Assembly: GCF_000743755.1 (NCBI RefSeq) | Contig: NW_014569545.1 | Location: 62,001 to 112,045 of the forward strand | Length of the DNA stretch: 50,045 nucleotides | From: Blastocystis sp. subtype 4 | Taxonomy: Eukaryota | Direction: 5' to 3' | Shown here: one piece after another, positions 1 to 15,329 of the stretch | Layout of the letters: every line of letters starts with the position of its first letter | Position numbering within the stretch: position 1 is the stretch's first letter | Notes under the pieces: model-generated | What the model was told of the DNA's origin: nothing | The model's input: only the letters and a program-made list of their open reading frames with translations | Database searches by the model: none | Position numbers and translations under genes: made by a program

Positions 1-351
1 GTTGTTTTGTTGCGGCAACTGACATCGAAGAACCTTCATTCTAGGAGTAATACACCATAAGAACAACTACGAGCCCTTTTCCAAACATTCTTGCGTTCTA
101 CATACAAATACATAGATACAACGATGATAGAGATCCCTCCGATCATCGCAAGGATTATACAATTGCATCAAAAAGCACATCACCTTGCCACAACATTTGC
201 AAGTAACATCTTTGGCTGACGGAATTTGATTTGGAATCAACCACCACGGCTTACCTCCAAACTTTGCCGAATCCCATATGGCCCAGTTTTCCTCCGGAGA
301 TACAAGAAAGCCTAGTTCTACCTGTCCTGATCCTTTAAATGATAAAACCAT
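1..351 (-). CDS. PDCD2/TSR4-like protein, 5' part (runs off window)
   Basis: SAKFGGKPWW..TCKCCGKVMCFLMQLYNP..HRCIYVFVC; 30-nt intron 41-70, then MKVLRCQLP, typical of the PDCD2 family. Confidence 0.85.
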
Positions 352-467
352 TAGCGTGAGCTCTCTTATACAGTTGTTTCGCTAGATCCGAATACTCCAA
401 AATGGAGAAACAAAGGCGATTTCCCTGTTTCGTTCCTTGTTCATTTTGGCTTAATAGCTGTTAAAAG

Positions 468-2471
468 ATGCTTACAAGAATTTCATCTCGTCTTGTTCGT
501 GGTGTACCCTATACCACAGCCTTTGTTCGAGCATCCCAGCTAACAAGAAGTAGACCATGTAACTTTTGTGTAACTGTATAGCTATTAGCCCAGCTATGTT
601 ACAAAATGCTCAGAATATCTATATTCAAGTAGAGTGGAGAGGATTTGTCATAATCGAATAGCAACGTACCTTTGGCAAGTTCTCGGATTTTACTTCAGCC
701 TTTAAGGAAGAATATGCCAAGGCCAAGAAGGATGCTGCTGAAAAAGGATCCAAGAGTGAGAAGGCTGCTGAAGATGCTACAAAAGAGGAAACAGAGAAAG
801 TGGCTGAGCAGACAACCGAACAAACTGCCGAACAAATCTCAAAGAAAGAGGCAGCAGAGAAAGCCACAAAGGAGGCGACTGAGAAAATGAAGGCCAAGAT
901 GGATGAATCAACGCAGAAACTGAAAGAAGGTCTTAACGATGCAACTGCTGAGGCCAAAGAGCAATTGAAGGAACAAGGAAAGAAGCTAAGTTCCTTCTGG
1001 AGTGAATTTAGTTCTGAAGTGAGAGAGACTACGCGGGTTTGATATGCAGATGAAAACTCAATTGAATATTAAATCCACCAAGACTCCTGTCAAACCAAAG
1101 AAGACGAAAAAAGTAAAGAAGGTGAAGAAACAGACTGTGAACCCTACTGCTGCGACGGCTGCTGCAGAAGGAGAGAAGTCACAAGAAGGTGTTTCAGCTT
1201 CGGAAGAAGAGAAACACGAGACCAGTTCACCAGCTGTAGAAGAGGTGAAACCTGAGGTGTCGGATGCTTCCAAGTCCAGCGAGAATACAGAACCAAGTGA
1301 AAACTTTGAATCGGTAGAGTCTCTAGAAGCAGCAGAGGAAGAGGAAGAGGAAGAGCTGGATCCAATGAGTGATGAAGCTCTAGGAATCACTCCAGAGATG
1401 AGTGAAGAGGAGGCTGACGAGATCCGAAAGGAAGCAAAGCGCAAGCAGATCAAGAGTGAGAACTACGAGAAGAAGAAGGGTCAAGTACGTGAAACCTGGA
1501 AGAAGACGAAAGAAAGAGCGAAAGTACGTGTGCGTTCAATCACTTGGGACAGTGTGAAGCACTTCCTCAGAGATGGTTGGAATGATATTAAGGGAAGCAA
1601 TGAGAAACCTCATCGTGTGATGCTGGATGAGGAAGAAGTAGAGAAGCAACGACAGGAGATCCTGAAGGCTCGTGAAGAGGCAGAGAAACTCAAGGAAGAG
1701 CATGAGAAATCCGGTGAGCCTTTGAAAACAGAGCTGATGAATGTGGACAATACCAACAATTTATGGGCTCAAGTGGCTGATCTGCTGAAGGATGCTCCTC
1801 TGATCGAGTCCCTATTGGAGATGAGTAAGAAGGTGAAGGAAAGCAAGGTGGGTGAAACAGTAACATATGCTACTGAGGACTTCCGTGAGAAATGGGAGAC
1901 ATCCCAGCATCCTCTGGTGTACAAGATTTCTGCAGTATATGATGAGTTATTCTCGGAGAGTGATACAGCACGAGCAATTAAGGAGGTGCGTCGAACAGAT
2001 CCGACGTTCCTGGAGGATGCATTGCGTGATGAAATGAAGAACCGAATTGTCCCTGCGATGTTACGTGCATGGGTCAACGCAGATACAAAGACATTGAAAT
2101 TGGTGATGAGTGATCATGCTTATGCTCAAGTCTATTCAATCATTAAGATGCAACAAGCTGAAGGGTTAGAGATGGATAAGAATATTCTGGATATCAAGGA
2201 TGTTCAGTTGCAGGTATTCATGAGAGAGTAATATGATGATTAGAGTGCACATGTGATGGAGCGTCAAAGTCCTGCCTTCTTGTATTTAGTAACTGTCCAG
2301 ATGGTGAATTGTATTCGAGACAAGGAAGGAAAGGTAGTTCAAGGAAAAGAGGATGAGATTAAACAAATGTATTATTACATGGCTCTACAACAAGAACATG
2401 ATGATGAACTCAATATCATGCGTTGGAAAATCGCTGAAATGCAGTTGGTAGCAGAGATGGATACTTGGTAA
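468..2471 (+). CDS. TIM44: Mitochondrial (MRO) import inner membrane translocase subunit Tim44
   Basis: Arg-rich presequence MLTRISSRLVRG; WETSQHPLV..ESDTARAIKEVRRTDPTF..VQMVNCIRDKEGKVVQG..WKIAEM Tim44 C-terminal domain; several short introns. Confidence 0.9.
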
Positions 2472-2503
2472 ATGTGTTTTAGTTCTGTTGGGTATTGTAT
2501 TTG

Positions 2504-3479
2504 TTATGAAAGAGAAGAGAAATGATATGAACGATAAGCAGTGAAAGCCTCTTCATAGGCATCCAGGATTGCTTCCTTCTTCATTACTACTCGTCCACTA
2601 GAACTAGGACATACAAACACCTTGGCTTCTTGTTTGAATGGCCAGTCTATGGGCAAATCTGTTTGTAATCCCATGGAGATTCCAGCTGTTTTCTTTGCGA
2701 CTACAGTATACTGCTTCTTTCCAGAGAATAGGACGACACGAGGAGCGTGACATACGAGAGAACACTATATCATACTGTAGAGTTGTATCATTACAGTGGG
2801 ATCATTATGAGACTCCTTGCATACTCGTTGAAGGTGTTTTCGCAATCTAAGAAACAAGTCTTTCCTCCACTCCAATAACTCATCCTTCGTGAACACATCA
2901 GATTGATTCCCTGGAACAACTCCTAAATCACAGAACCCAATACGATAATCTTGGGGAAGGGTATTCTGATCATTGATGGAAAGAGTACTCCGTATCACGC
3001 CCTACATCAAAGAGAATACAACACTATGTACAGGGTACTTTGGAGATGATGAAAGTGTCCCCGTTAGGATCTTCCACATACGATTGGTAGGATTGCTATA
3101 CATATTTCCACTCTTCCAGGCATGTTCAGATGGATTATGTCCGATTATAAGTAGGTCTAACTGCTTTTCTGGGTTATGAGTACACACTTTACTGATCATT
3201 ATAACAACACATTCCTATTGCATACCATTGATTAAAACAGGTACTACAGGGAGAGCAAAACTTGTCACGGTACTTGTTTGGATACGGTGCAACAAAGGGA
3301 TCCAAATCATGATCCTTTCTCAAATCGCTTTCGGTCTGAACTTGATCTGTTCCATCCGTTTTGGGTATCTTCGACGGCGTCACATCATTTCGTTTACTGT
3401 TTCTACCAAAAGCAAACTGATTACAAAAGTCTTGAAAGGGGTCGATAGATTTATTCTCATCGATATGACTCCTCTTCAT
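2504..3479 (-). CDS. G/T(U) mismatch-specific DNA glycosylase (TDG/MUG family)
   Basis: LDLLIIGHNPS..SGNMYSNPTNRMWKIL, RIGFCDL and VFVCPSSSGR motifs across short introns. Confidence 0.85.
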
Positions 3480-3512
3480 GAACAAAAAGTGATCAACAAA
3501 CAGGAAGACCAT

Positions 3513-4158
3513 CTACATCTTTGCAGCATCTCCCTTCATTCGAATCATCACTTGCTTCATTCTACTCATGTTATGCGAAGTCTCAGCATTCATATCAACG
3601 AGCTTATTCACACGCTCCCAAGGATTTGCGCAGGTCATATCCTCCTTGTTTCCCTCAATCAACTTTTCTTCTTCCTGACGATTCATTTCAGCCTTAGCCT
3701 CAAGTTTCTTAGCTCTTTCCTCTCTCCACTTCTCTAACTCCTCCTGAGCTTCCTTCATCACCTCCTTCTTCTTGTCCAAAGCCTCCTTATCCTTGGCCTC
3801 GCATCGTTCACGGAACTTCTGGTTCCATTCACGAGTGAATTTATATTCATCCTCGACAGGGGTAGAGGTGGGGGCAGGAGCAGAAGGAGCGGCTTCAGCA
3901 AAAGGATCCTCCTCGTCTACAGGATTTGCAGCACTAGTGTCAGCAAAGGGATCCTACGAATATTACACGACCACCAATAGAAACAACCTCTACAACGTTC
4001 TCAGTACTAACCTCCTGGACATCTACAATTGGTTACTTATCATCTCAAAACAAAGAAAACCAATAAGGGAAATGATCCCATCACCAATAAGTGGGATCAG
4101 TAACAAACACTCAAAACTTCTTAGATCACATACCATCTCCAAAAAAATCGTCAGACAT
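3513..4158 (-). CDS. Clathrin light chain
   Basis: MSDDFF start, DPFA repeats, helical WREERAKKL region, NPWERVNKLVD..NMSRMKQVMIRMK C-terminus; 111-nt first intron 4023-4133. Confidence 0.9.
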
Positions 4159-4397
4159 TATATATACAGAGATTCAAATATATAAAAAGTATTTAGATAC
4201 CAATTCAACCCACATGGAAAAACCACGACAGATCCATTAGGTGACAGATCCAGACTTTATACAGAAACTGATATAGAAGATACATGGTTTGGATTCGGCC
4301 GTGGTAACTCAATTGTATCTGATATTGGGAAGTCCAAAAATCCCATTTCTTGTTTTTTCTCACTAGATACCAGCTGGTTCTTGTTGAAATTTATTGA

Positions 4398-5827
4398 ATG
4401 TCGTCAGAAGGCAAGAAGTCGTATAATCCAGAAGAAATCAAAACAGTTGTGGATGTACTTGATCAGAATGCTTTGATGCGAATTGTTGTTGATGAATTGC
4501 CTTCTTATACGGGGTCAAAGGTGTTGAAGTTGTCAAAACTGGGTATTAACTACTTGGCTCCTCTCCAGTGTCTGGATGCGCTGAATCGAATTGACCTATC
4601 GTACAACAAACTGAAGTCTGTTCGTGTATGAAAATATTATGTCCCTTAGTGATTAGGGTCTTGATAAACTCAAGGCATTGACTTATATTAATCTTAGTTA
4701 TAATCAGTTGTCTGGAAAAGGTATTCGTGGTATTCTTCTTTTGAAAAATGTTGTTTTTCTGAATTTGGGTTACAATCGTATTGGTATGCTTCCTGAAGTT
4801 GCATTCGTGGAAATGCACAATTTGAAATGTTTGCTGCTGAATAACAACAAATTGGAAAGTATTCTGTTTATTCGCGAGCTTCCTGAATTGAATACGCTCA
4901 TCTTGTCGAATAATCTGATCTCCTCGATTCCGGCAAATGCCTTTGAGTTGTGTACAAAGCTTCGGAAGATCTCTTTGTTCTTCTTCTTCTCTTTTCTCAT
5001 CTTTAGAGGTCATAACCAGCTTTCTGAGTTCCCGAATGTATTTTCGATCCCGTATTTGAAAGAGCTGAATCTTAATAGTAATCGTATTTCCTCAATCCCA
5101 GATGCGATTACTGGGTTGAAGCATTTAACGTTATTGGACTTAGGCAACAATCTGATTGAAAATATCGAGAGTTTGACGATACTTTGTTCTGTTTCAGTTT
5201 ATATGGTGGATTGGGATGATATGTAGTCGTTAACCAAGTTGAATGTGGCTCAAAACGATTTCTATCGATGTGATCCTACAGATAAGGAGGCATTGGAGAA
5301 AGTAAACAAGCGAATTCAGGAAATGCTTCCTCAACTCCTCACATTGAATAATCGGATTCTGAGTCTGGGTGTGGAGAAGAGAGAACAACGTAAAAAGCAT
5401 TACGAGGAGAAGCAGGGAGAAAAGAAGGAGAAACGGGTCCAGAAGGAGATACCTGTGAAGAAAGAGAGAGCTCAGAAGGTTCCTTCTGCAAAGGTCTCTA
5501 ACAAAGGAGATGCGGGAAAGACAACAACTTCTGTCAGTGAACCCACTCATAAAGATGTATCAGTTGATACCAAAGAACCATCAGCAACTCCTCTTATGCA
5601 TCCTACAGACACTATTACACCTGAAAATGCTTCTACTACGGATGACTCTACCAATCCTACACAAGTATGGATCTACTATTTTTCGTTATTGTTAGAACCA
5701 ATCTGGTGTTGTAAGTGTTGAAACTGCATATACTATACGAAAGAATGATACGAAACCTGAAGAGTTGGAGGCTTTCTTCAAAGGTACAAACGAAGTAGAC
5801 GAAGCTGTTGGAGGATGGGACGATTGA
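4398..5827 (+). CDS. Leucine-rich repeat protein with basic C-terminal tail
   Basis: Multiple LxxLxLxxNxI repeats; ends VGGWDD*; TGTTTGTT near 5851. Confidence 0.8.
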
Positions 5828-5904
5828 TATTCTTTTAGTTTATGAGCCTGTTTGTTATGATTCTTTTTATTGATTTTTGATTACTATTCCTTTGTAATCA
5901 CATC

Positions 5905-6274
5905 ATGTCGCAGAGTCAAATCGACAACCTGTTAGAGTTTATATCGATAGTTATGGTGTAGACTCGCTGCTCCTGGAAATGCTTTTGTATTCAGTAAACT
6001 GATCAAATACTCCTTTCTTATGGTCGTATTTCCGCTAGCTGTCATGTTTTCAATGATGTACATCATTCTTCCAGGTCTCGATGAATCTTTTTTGTGACAC
6101 ATAGCACTTCAAGTTACCAATCCTAATGTCATTCACTCCGTCTCGTAGGAGAGTGTACCTAATCTTAGATCTAGTGGTATTTCTGCCGTTATTACTGTTA
6201 ATATTGTTATTGCGTTCTATGTAATTGGTGCTTTTAGAGAAAACCTTGATGTCGACAAGGAGAAGGAAGATTGA
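5905..6274 (+). CDS. VMA21: V-ATPase assembly factor Vma21
   Basis: Spliced translation: VFSKLIKYSFLMVVFPLAVMF..SGISAVITVNIVIAFYVIGAFRE..KEKED*; two transmembrane segments and a KxKxx-type tail; absent from the ORF track. Confidence 0.8.
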
Positions 6275-6401
6275 TGAATCCTATTCCTTTGTTTTCACCA
6301 AACATTTTGAAGATGAATAGGAGATTCTTTCGCACACAACTGATAATTGAAAGAAAACCACGGGAATTACCTTTCATATATTGTTCCATATCTCGCCGGA
6401 T

Positions 6402-7049
6402 ATGATCCGTATCCTCTGTCAATCACCCTCACTCGTAACTACACCGTATATATTATCTATTATACATGAAGAGTTCTTCTTTGGAAGATACTTTTCGACA
6501 AAGCCACATGCATCTGAGAATTCGAGTCCTTTTCTCTCTATTCCAGAAAATAAACTTCATTTTGAAATTAATCGATATAAATCTGTAGGAGGTGTGGTGA
6601 TTCTTCCACTTCTCACTTTGAGGAAATGCTGCTCCCAACGATATAAACTCACGTGTTGTTGTTTCTTTCAAAGTGGATGAAGCCGATTGGATGCCTGAGT
6701 ATGTGTTAGTATCTGTTTTTACTTTAGGGATGTGAAGAAAGTTTTCGTGCAGCAGCAGGCTGCTCATATTAATAGTGATGGAGTGTTTTCTCTCATTTCT
6801 ACGCTTCACCGTTCCATCGTGGCAAATCATGTAGAAATTATGCGCAAACTCCAGAAGAAAGTGAATCAGGCATGCATATCTTCTGTAAATAGACATACAA
6901 TTGGGAGTATTCCAAGGTCGTCATGATCAGTCATAGTCATCGACCCTTCTTTGAATGAGCATCGTTTGAAGGAAAAGCGAAAACGAGGTGAACTAAGTCG
7001 CAAACGCCGTCGACTCGATAAAGACTATGACCTTGAAGACTTCTTTTAA
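6402..7049 (+). CDS. ICT1/ArfB (mL62)-like peptidyl-tRNA hydrolase homologue, GGQ motif degenerate
   Basis: IPENKLHFEINRYKSVGGNAAPNDINSRVVVSFKVDEADWMPEDVK..HINSDGVFSLISTLHRS..NEHRLKEKRKRGELSRKRR aligns by eye with ICT1/YaeJ; start approximate. Confidence 0.7.
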
Positions 7050-7230
7050 TTGTGTTAAGTGCCACGAGGCGGACCTCTTGTTTTGCATTACAAAACGACA
7101 CCTAACTGGTTCACTAGTGATTCTGGATGACGGGGAACCACACCAAAACCGTTCATAGACAATGTCTAATAAGAGAGGGTTAGGGTTAGAAAGCCTTCTA
7201 AAAAGCTAGCGACGCATGAATGCCGTGAAC
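7050..7230 (-). ncRNA. Candidate telomerase RNA
   Basis: Template CUAACCCUAACCCU (7189-7176), hairpin just 5' of it, H-type pseudoknot 7156-7117, closing helix GUUCAC/GUGAAC, 3' three-way junction 7106-7054, upstream USE-like element; ends inferred. Confidence 0.72.
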
Positions 7231-7280
7231 GTTTCTTCAGTGTTGTCTCTAAGACGGATGACATGAATACCATTTTTTCG

Positions 7281-7290
7281 TTATGGGTTT
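7281..7290 (-). promoter_or_regulatory. USE-like snRNA-type promoter element AAACCCATAA
   Basis: Matches the ACCCATAA-type upstream sequence element of snRNA/telomerase RNA genes in ciliates and algae; 51-60 nt upstream of the predicted RNA 5' end. Confidence 0.6.
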
Positions 7291-7372
7291 TGTAGTGTGA
7301 TTCTTTATAATAACCATAATACCACTTTTCATTCGTTGGTTCTCCCAGTTCTTGCTGCTGTTCTTGTGATAA

Positions 7373-7791
7373 ATGGTGAGTAATCGTCTTTTGTTGAGTG
7401 CAATTCAGGGAAGGTGTTTCTCTTCCATCCGTTGAATGAGGCTTGTGCTGAAGGAATACGTTCCTTATTTGCTTGTAGACCAAGGGTACTTCCTCTTTCG
7501 GTAAAAGACATACGAAGACTCACACGATTTGCAGAAGATGTAATCGTCGTGCTTTCCATATCCAGAAGGGTCGCTGCGGATCTTGTGGTTATCCCGACGC
7601 TAAGATGAGACACTGTAGGCCTCTTGTTGTCTTCTCCTGGTTTTTGGTAGAGTAATCGTTTTGTAGACAACTGGGCTTTGAAGAGTTCTCGCCGTCGTGG
7701 ACAGGGAACTGGACGCATGCGTTACCTCAAGACTATGACTCGCCGTTTCAAGAACGGATTCCGTGAGGGTTCCGAGGCTCCTGCTCACTAA
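7373..7791 (+). CDS. RPL37: 60S ribosomal protein L37 (eL37)
   Basis: ATG | intron 7376-7478 | [39 protein letters not shown].. | intron 7615-7666 | ..[22 protein letters not shown]. Confidence 0.97.
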
Positions 7792-7975
7792 ATGAAAACG
7801 ACTATCGTTAGTAGGCAGCATGATACTGTTTGTTTGTTTCTGAAATGATGATTGGGTCCTGTATCCACGGAAGTGTCCCATGGTAACGGCTACAGTCAGA
7901 ATAGGGTTATAGAGCCACTCGATAGAATTGAAACTGCCTTGCAGTAGTTCTCACATTTGTCTCATTGATTGTGGA

Positions 7976-13277
<5,302 letters not shown>

Positions 13278-13317
13278 TGTGTTGCTTTTGAATGTTTGTT
13301 TTCCCTATCTGATTTCA

Positions 13318-15267
13318 ATGCCTGCTCAGCGAAAAGAAATCTGTTTCTTGGGGTCATTTTCCAAGGAAGTACCTTCAAAGCGGCATTGTTGGGTAGTTTT
13401 GTTCTATCCATTTTCTGATGTAGGTATTCTCGAACTGGATTGTTGTTCAACGTAGCGAAGATACTCTTCACATCTTTCATCATGATGTCTATAGAGTACA
13501 ATATTCTTTCATATATCTACTTTATAGTTACTTCTTCAACTGCCTAGAACAATTTCAGCTTTTGTTTGTCAACAATGTCTTGATCAACTCATTCTTCTGT
13601 TGTTTACTCTCGATCATGGATATATTCTGTTGCACATGGATATGAATAATTCAAATCAACTTATTATCCAAAAGGCACATTCACAACAGTGGAAGGTGGT
13701 AACTACATGTGAACTACCTATCGCTATATATTCTTTGTGCGATCAGGATCCAACAGATACTTCTGCTGACTATCCCATTGTGGAGTCTGTCTATCTAACG
13801 GATTCTTCGGACTCTTATCTTGTCTGTGATATCTTTAATCAGATTTGGAAATTACAGGTTGAAGAAACAGGTTGTATCCACTACTCTCTGCTATGTTCGA
13901 ATCCCACATGGAAGATTGAAACAGTTCATTTATCTGATTCATCTCTAATTGTAAGTTGTCGAGATGGAACTGTTTCCATCTTTCGTGATTCCAGAGTACA
14001 GAAAGAGTATCATCTCCCTATAGATCGGATAGGAGTGACAATCCTGCAAGATTCGGACTACTCTTTTATAGTTGATGATGTAGGTGATGTATACAGTCTA
14101 ACAGAAGATTGGAAGCGAGTAGGTCGCTTAGGACCTGCTACTTCCCAACACACTCTTATTGAGAATCAACTTGTATATATGAAGCAAGGAGCCTTGTAGT
14201 GGTCCGTTTTGAGTATGATATATAGATATGGATTGCTTCTTTCTTCTAAATCATTTCAGCCGTGGTTACAAGAGTCTTTTGTTTACTCTTTTGGCTACAG
14301 TAAGGAGACCCATCGACTGATAGTAGTACGTGTGAATGGGAGTGTGATTGAGACACATCTGTGTCAACAGCAAATGAAGGAATCTCCTTCACCTCAATCG
14401 ACTCTTCAGTCTCTTCATTCTGCTTCTTCAGTATATAAGCGTCTCTCTCTAGAAGGAGATGAGCTCTTTGATATACTTGCTCGTCGAGAGGCCATCCGAA
14501 CGAGTCTTTCCACTTTGCCTAATCAGTTGAATGCCTCTTGGTCGCTTCTGAGTAATGGAGGTATGTCATGCCGTGTTTCCAATCTCTTATTCCCTCAAGG
14601 CGTTACTTGTATTCAACTGTGTATCACAGGAATGACGGGTGATTGCCATATCGTCAGTCAACCAGTTGAGACTTGTTCAGGACTGTGCCAATTTACAGTC
14701 GATCCTCTTCCAGTCATTTTAGCAGGGGTTTGTGAAGTTCATATTCGGTTAATTGCCACACTGGATTCCTCTGCACCTCTTATGAAGAAGATTGACTTAG
14801 GAAGTATTAGCATAGTTGATATCGGAGTAACATCACGAGGAAAGCAAGCTACGATGGGTGTACTTCCTCTTACTGAGACTCTTCCTGTCTTATCTTCGCT
14901 TTCTCGCTCAGATCTACTTCATTTGATTCCCGAAGGACTGACAGAGTCCATGAAGATTGGATCAGTTCAGTTCCAGGTTGTTACACGTGGGTCCAATCAC
15001 ACCATTATGCTCCAGAGCTCAGATCCATATGCAATTGTCGTGGTTCGAGCCAGACTACTTCAGGCGATGTTATCAAAGTGGAAATCGGATGGTGATGGGT
15101 GGATAGTTAATTTTGAAAGGAATCAAGTTCTTCTGGATACTTGTATTCATCGATTACAGAGTTTGGAGATAAGATCTGAGTCTACTTCCATTGTAGATGC
15201 TATTAAGGAGTTGCTTGATATCAACAGACAGTTGTTTTCTCTTTTAGAGTCTTTGAGTGTTTGTTAA
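13318..15267 (+). CDS. Hypothetical protein (beta-rich N-terminus, helical/beta C-terminus)
   Basis: Long ORFs 13600-14199 and 14209-15267 joinable by a short intron; mature stop probably created by polyadenylation at 15253; start approximate. Confidence 0.6.
15258..15265 (+). terminator. TGTTTGTT cleavage/polyadenylation motif
   Basis: Exact motif; in-frame codon-initial T 5 nt upstream (15253). Confidence 0.75.
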
Positions 15268-15329
15268 TAGCCATAGGATCCCGCGGTTTTTTCAAAACCT
15301 ACCGCCTTTTCAATTCATTCCTTGAAGAT

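Noticed and set aside
4200..4370. AACCCACAT, duplicated GACAGATCCA, small hairpins and a T-run, as a possible second small RNA gene
   Set aside because: Poor USE match, no recognisable snRNA/snoRNA boxes; explained as a divergent promoter region
7166..7483. Minus-strand 105-aa ORF and other ORFs over 7166-7881
   Set aside because: No recognisable motifs; they overlap RPL37 and the structured RNA candidate, so they are shadow ORFs
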